64,000 nucleotides of DNA, from positions 1,824,001 through 1,888,000 of the forward strand of contig CBDEUK010000002.1 in NCBI GenBank assembly GCA_965243205.1. Reading direction: 5' to 3'. The notes below the pieces were generated by a model. That model had not been told where the DNA came from and did not search any database. It worked only from the letters and a program-made list of their open reading frames with translations. Below, piece after piece: positions 59,713-64,000 of this stretch (positions within the stretch are counted from its first letter, which is position 1; every line of letters begins with the position of its first letter). Source of the stretch: Gammaproteobacteria bacterium. Its GTDB lineage: Bacteria > Pseudomonadota > Gammaproteobacteria > Eutrophobiales > Eutrophobiaceae. Made by a program: the position numbers and the translations under genes.

Positions 59713-60057
59713 TTAGTTATTAGAATTCGTGATCAATAAACACAACTCAAGAGTTAAAAATCTAATTGCCCACTTCAATTATTATTTGAATACAGTCATT
59801 TTTAGTCATAACTATCGTTTTAAAACAACAGAAAACCATGTTTCTATGCCAGCTAGGGCATATTAATGATATTTCAATGTTTATGTCTTCGATAGGTAAA
59901 ACACCCCCTCAAATATTCAAAAAATCCTCAGATATGCCGAAAAGAATATACTGGCATTTTTGAGTTTATTTGCTGTAATTTTTCTATCTTATTGATTTAT
60001 TAGTGAATTTCATGTTTTTTTATAAGAAGTAGCAAAATAAACACTTATAAAATATAT

Positions 60058-60076
60058 ATTGATAATGGTTCTCATT
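60058..60076 (+). promoter_or_regulatory. Fur box upstream of bfd
   Basis: ATTGATAATGGTTCTCATT, 43 nt before the bfd ATG. Confidence 0.7.
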
Positions 60077-60119
60077 TGCCATATCATTATTATTAAGTAA
60101 AGATTTTGGATAAAACGCG

Positions 60120-60317
60120 ATGTATGTATGTATTTGTAATTCTGTCACTGAATCAGATATTAAAGATGCTGTGAGTAATGGCGCCAACTGTATGCCTCAT
60201 CTGAAGGCGAAACTTAAGTGCTCGACTCAATGTGGCAACTGTTCTGACCGCGCGCAGGAATGTTTGAGCAATGAGTTGGCAAAGCAAGTTACTATCACTG
60301 AGCCAAAAGTAGCTTAA
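60120..60317 (+). CDS. bfd: Bacterioferritin-associated ferredoxin
   Basis: MYVCICNSVT...I......QCGNC. Confidence 0.92.
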   Translation: MYVCICNSVTESDIKDAVSNGANCMPHLKAKLKCSTQCGNCSDRAQECLSNELAKQVTITEPKVA

Positions 60318-60471
60318 TATATACTGACGACGGCCATTTCTTTCTTCATACCTAGACACGTATAAAACACGTAACCAAAAATTAATTAATTTTTAAAACT
60401 TTTCTATTATAAGCTTCCAGTCTTATTTAGCATTATGTCATTTGTACCTCTGATTACGTATTAAATTTATT

Positions 60472-61479
60472 ATGAACAAACACATCGTATTATTTAGTTT
60501 ATTATTTTTCACACTCAATATTTTTGCTGCTGAAGTCAATGTATATTCAGCACGAAAAGAAGCATTAATTAAACCTCTGTTAAAAGAATTTACAAAAGAA
60601 ACTGGGATTAAAGTCAATTTAATCACTGGAGAAGCGGATGCTTTGATAAAACGCATGGAGGTTGAAGGAACCTATAGTCCTGCTGATGTATTAATTACAG
60701 TCGATGCAGCAAGGTTACATAGAGCAAAAGAAAAAGGTTTGTTACAAACTATTGAGTCTGATTATGTGAATACCAGAGTCCCAGAAGTTTATACAGATCC
60801 TGAAAATAAATGGGTAGGTTTGTCTTTACGCTCAAGAGTGATCGTATATGCAAATGAGCGAGTTGATTCAAAGCAATTATCTACATACGAAGATTTAATT
60901 AGTGAGAAATGGCATAAAAAGCTATGTGTTCGGTCATCATCGAATGTATACAATCAATCGTTATTAGCTAGCATCATTCATCATTCAGGAAAACAAGCCG
61001 CGCAAGAATGGGCCAAAGGGTTAGTGAATAATTTTGCGCGAAACCCAAAAGGTGGAGATAAAGATCAAATCAGTGCGGTTGCTGCTGGACAATGTGAAAT
61101 AGCGTTGGTGAATACATATTATGTAGGTGGCATGATTCATTCACAGTCTGAAAAAGAACAAGACATAGTTTCGAAGGTTTCAGTATTTTGGCCAAACCAA
61201 GAAGACAGGGGCGCACATGTAAACTTAAGTGGTGTAGGTATTACGAGTTCATCAAAAAATACTCAAGAAGCTGTTAAGTTGATTGAATATTTATTAAATG
61301 ATGAATCACAAGCTTGGTACGCCAAAGTGAATATCGAATATCCTGTTGTAGGAGGCATTGATCAAACAGAATTAGATAAATTCTGGGGGCCGTTTAAAGC
61401 TGATAGTATGCAGATCGAACGATTGGGTCACTATAATAAAGATGCTGTTATAATTATGGATAGTGTTGGATGGAAATAA
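60472..61479 (+). CDS. Fe(3+) ABC transporter substrate-binding protein (FutA/FbpA-like)
   Basis: VNVYSAR, SPADV, RSSSNVYNQS, VNTYY and G.HVN.SG motifs. Confidence 0.93.
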   Translation: MNKHIVLFSLLFFTLNIFAAEVNVYSARKEALIKPLLKEFTKETGIKVNLITGEADALIKRMEVEGTYSPADVLITVDAARLHRAKEKGLLQTIESDYVNTRVPEVYTDPENKWVGLSLRSRVIVYANERVDSKQLSTYEDLISEKWHKKLCVRSSSNVYNQSLLASIIHHSGKQAAQEWAKGLVNNFARNPKGGDKDQISAVAAGQCEIALVNTYYVGGMIHSQSEKEQDIVSKVSVFWPNQEDRGAHVNLSGVGITSSSKNTQEAVKLIEYLLNDESQAWYAKVNIEYPVVGGIDQTELDKFWGPFKADSMQIERLGHYNKDAVIIMDSVGWK

Positions 61480-61494
61480 TTATTTTAAATATAG

Positions 61495-63186
61495 ATGCAA
61501 GCTACGATTCCTCAAAGAGTTTCGAACGATAATAACTACAAGATACAGAATATAAACTTGTGGAAGATAGCCGCTATTTTTATAGCGGCTATTTTTTTTA
61601 TTCCAACCGCTACAATCATTGCTAGTTTATTTATTCCCAATCAAGAAATTTGGCAACATCTCTATCAAACAATTTTAGATGAATATCTTATCAATTCGTT
61701 TGTCTTAGCAAGCGGGGTTGGAATTATCACAGTTGTTTTAGGAGTAAGTACTGCTTGGTTAGTAACCATGTATCAGTTTCCTATGAGCGCTGTATTTAAA
61801 TATGCATTGTTATTACCGATGGCATTTCCTGCCTATATCGTTGCTTATACCTATACCGGCATATTGGATGTTAGTGGACCATTTCAGGAATGGATTCGTA
61901 TGACATTTGAGGTTGGCTATGGTGAGTACTGGTTTCCTGAGATACGTTCAATGCAAGGCGCTATATTCGTAATGTCATTAGTGTTATATCCCTATGTTTA
62001 TTTATTAACACGAGCCGCATTGTTAGAGCAATCGATATGTGTTTTGGAAGTTGCAAGGACATTGGGCTGTCGTCCATTGAACGTTTTTATTAGAGTTGCT
62101 TTGCCATTATTAAGACCGGCAATCATTGTTGGATTGTCTTTAGTATTAATGGAAGCCTTAGCGGATTACGGTACAGTACAATATTTTGGTGTTAATACGT
62201 TTACTACAGGAATTTTTCGTACTTGGTTTGCTTATGATAATAGTTTAGGAGCTACTCAATTATCAGCATGCTTATTATCCTTAATCATTATATTAATTTA
62301 TGTGGAACAATATTCACGAAAGCAATCAAAGTATTTTCATAGCAGTAATCGTTATTCAAAAATCATAGCTAAAAAGCTTCATGGTAGTCATGCTTGGTTG
62401 ACAATGCTTTATTGCTTGCTGATATTAATATTAGGTTTTTTATTACCATTGTTTTTTATCATTCAATGGTCATTCATAACGTATCATCAAGTCATTGACG
62501 AAGAATTTGTACGTTTGGTATGGAATAGTTTTGTTTTAGCAATAACAACAGCTGTGATTGCAGTCGTGGTTTCTTTATTTCTTGTATATGGTAAGCGTCG
62601 TTATAAAGGATTTATAATGCCTACAATATTAAAAATATTGAGTTATGGTTATGCAGTGCCTGGTGTTATTATCGCGGCGGGTGTGATGACACCGGTAGTT
62701 TGGTTCGATAAAAATCTGAACGTTGTCGTTAAGCAATTATTGAATTTGGAAATTGGATTAATATTTTCGAGTGGTGTTTCCATATTGGTCTTTGCGTATC
62801 TTGTTAGATTTCTAGCAATTTCATTAAATACACTAGATACTTCTATTCAAAAAATAAAACCATCTATTGATGAAGCTACAATGTCATTAGGGTTTCGATC
62901 ATTTTCTATGATAAAAAAAATTCATATACCTATGATGAAGAGCGGGTTGTTAACCGCTTTATTGATGATTTTTGTTGATGTGTTAAAAGAGTTGCCAGCA
63001 ACTTTAATACTTAGACCATTTAACTTTAATACATTGGCAGTTAAGACATATGAATTAGCTAATGAAGAACGTTTGTACGATGCAGCAATACCATCATTAG
63101 CTATTGTATTAGTAGGATTAATACCCGTCATTATACTCAGTCTATCAATTAATCGCTCCAGGCCAGGTGACCATGCCGCATCTTGA
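61495..63186 (+). CDS. Fe(3+) ABC transporter permease (FutB/FbpB-like)
   Basis: Two permease repeats; LVLYPYVY, ADYGTV and KELPAT.ILRPFNF.TLA motifs. Confidence 0.92.
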   Translation: MQATIPQRVSNDNNYKIQNINLWKIAAIFIAAIFFIPTATIIASLFIPNQEIWQHLYQTILDEYLINSFVLASGVGIITVVLGVSTAWLVTMYQFPMSAVFKYALLLPMAFPAYIVAYTYTGILDVSGPFQEWIRMTFEVGYGEYWFPEIRSMQGAIFVMSLVLYPYVYLLTRAALLEQSICVLEVARTLGCRPLNVFIRVALPLLRPAIIVGLSLVLMEALADYGTVQYFGVNTFTTGIFRTWFAYDNSLGATQLSACLLSLIIILIYVEQYSRKQSKYFHSSNRYSKIIAKKLHGSHAWLTMLYCLLILILGFLLPLFFIIQWSFITYHQVIDEEFVRLVWNSFVLAITTAVIAVVVSLFLVYGKRRYKGFIMPTILKILSYGYAVPGVIIAAGVMTPVVWFDKNLNVVVKQLLNLEIGLIFSSGVSILVFAYLVRFLAISLNTLDTSIQKIKPSIDEATMSLGFRSFSMIKKIHIPMMKSGLLTALLMIFVDVLKELPATLILRPFNFNTLAVKTYELANEERLYDAAIPSLAIVLVGLIPVIILSLSINRSRPGDHAAS

Positions 63187-64000
63187 AATCAATTCAATCA
63201 ATGTGGACATAGAAGGCCACGAAATATTAAAGAACATCAGTTTAAATGTTGAAACTGGAGAGATTGTTTGCTTGCTTGGTTTAAGTGGTGAAGGAAAAAC
63301 GACTTTACTAAGGACCATTGCAGGGTTTTTACAACCTAAGGTCGGCGAGCTAACAATATTAAATCAATTAGTTGCTAATTCATCAATGAATATGCCCGTA
63401 GAACAACGACAGTTAGGTATGGTGTTCCAGGATTTTGCGTTATTTCCTCATCTAAGTGTAAAGAAAAATATTTTATTTGGTATTCAAGCTCAATCACACT
63501 CTGAACAACAGCAAAAACTTCAAGAACTCACGGAACTATTAAATATGAGTTCATTTGTTGATTTATATCCGCATCAATTATCAGGCGGCCAACAACAACG
63601 AGTTGCTATTGCACGTGCTTTAGCCCCTGGACCTAAACTTCTTTTAATGGATGAGCCATTCTCAAATTTAGATACAGAATTAAGAGAACGACTTGCTTGT
63701 GAACTTCGAGAGGTTTTAAAAGCGACTAACGTTACAACGATCATGATTTGCCACAATCAACATGAGGCTTTTGCGATAGCGGATAGAATAGGAGTTTTGA
63801 ATAAAGGGTGTTTAGAGCAAGTTGATACAGCATTTAATTTATATCATCAGCCGAAGACAATGTTCATTGCTGATTTTATTGGTGAAGGCATGTTAATAGA
63901 TGGCATTGTGAAAGACAGTCATAGTATTGAGACTGAATTAGGTATAATAAATGATCAAAAAGCACATGCGTATGCAGAATCTGCACAAGTAAAAGTATTG
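63173..64000 (+). CDS. Fe(3+) ABC transporter ATP-binding protein, 3'-truncated by the window edge
   Basis: Absent from the ORF track because no stop falls in the window. MPHLEI..., Walker A GLSGEGKT, VFQDFALFPH, LSGGQQQR and MDEPFSNLD. Confidence 0.92.
   Translation, partial: MPHLEINSINVDIEGHEILKNISLNVETGEIVCLLGLSGEGKTTLLRTIAGFLQPKVGELTILNQLVANSSMNMPVEQRQLGMVFQDFALFPHLSVKKNILFGIQAQSHSEQQQKLQELTELLNMSSFVDLYPHQLSGGQQQRVAIARALAPGPKLLLMDEPFSNLDTELRERLACELREVLKATNVTTIMICHNQHEAFAIADRIGVLNKGCLEQVDTAFNLYHQPKTMFIADFIGEGMLIDGIVKDSHSIETELGIINDQKAHAYAESAQVKVL

Noticed and set aside
59838-59963. 41-codon ORF in the bfr-bfd spacer (MFLCQLGH...)
   Set aside because: No RBS and no recognisable features; expected by chance.

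Overview
AT-rich chromosomal segment, most likely from a marine gammaproteobacterium (inferred from gene content and synteny). It has about 75 CDS. I saw no rRNA, tRNA, CRISPR array, transposase or prophage gene. Housekeeping genes: dbpA, mtnBDC, rdgC, folD, hemB, hemH, mscL, pmbA, uvrD, purEK, dsbA, cytochromes c4/c5, yihA/engB, rpmE, xth, prlC, lemA, bfr, bfd and a Fe3+ ABC transporter. These are interspersed with small accessory modules. The strongest unannotated signals are non-coding. (1) The 506-bp gap after engB holds a candidate ~120-nt minus-strand sRNA with three C-rich hairpin loops and an RpoE/AlgU-type promoter (ErsA/sX13-like). (2) The same gap holds a DARS-like triple DnaA-box element flanked by two perfect IHF sites. 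(3) A 19-codon small ORF with its own promoter, RBS and terminator lies downstream of rdgC. (4) An RstA-type box is shared between an RstAB/BfmRS-like two-component operon and a secreted 4-EF-hand gene. Notable protein modules: a fatty-acid-hydroxylase/desaturase gene coupled to an ArsM-like methyltransferase and folD, a SigZ-GST pair with Cys-rich tails, a LemA-GIDE(EF-hand) pair, and an unrecognised 669-aa membrane-tethered exported protein. All family calls come from motif recognition by eye, not database searches.
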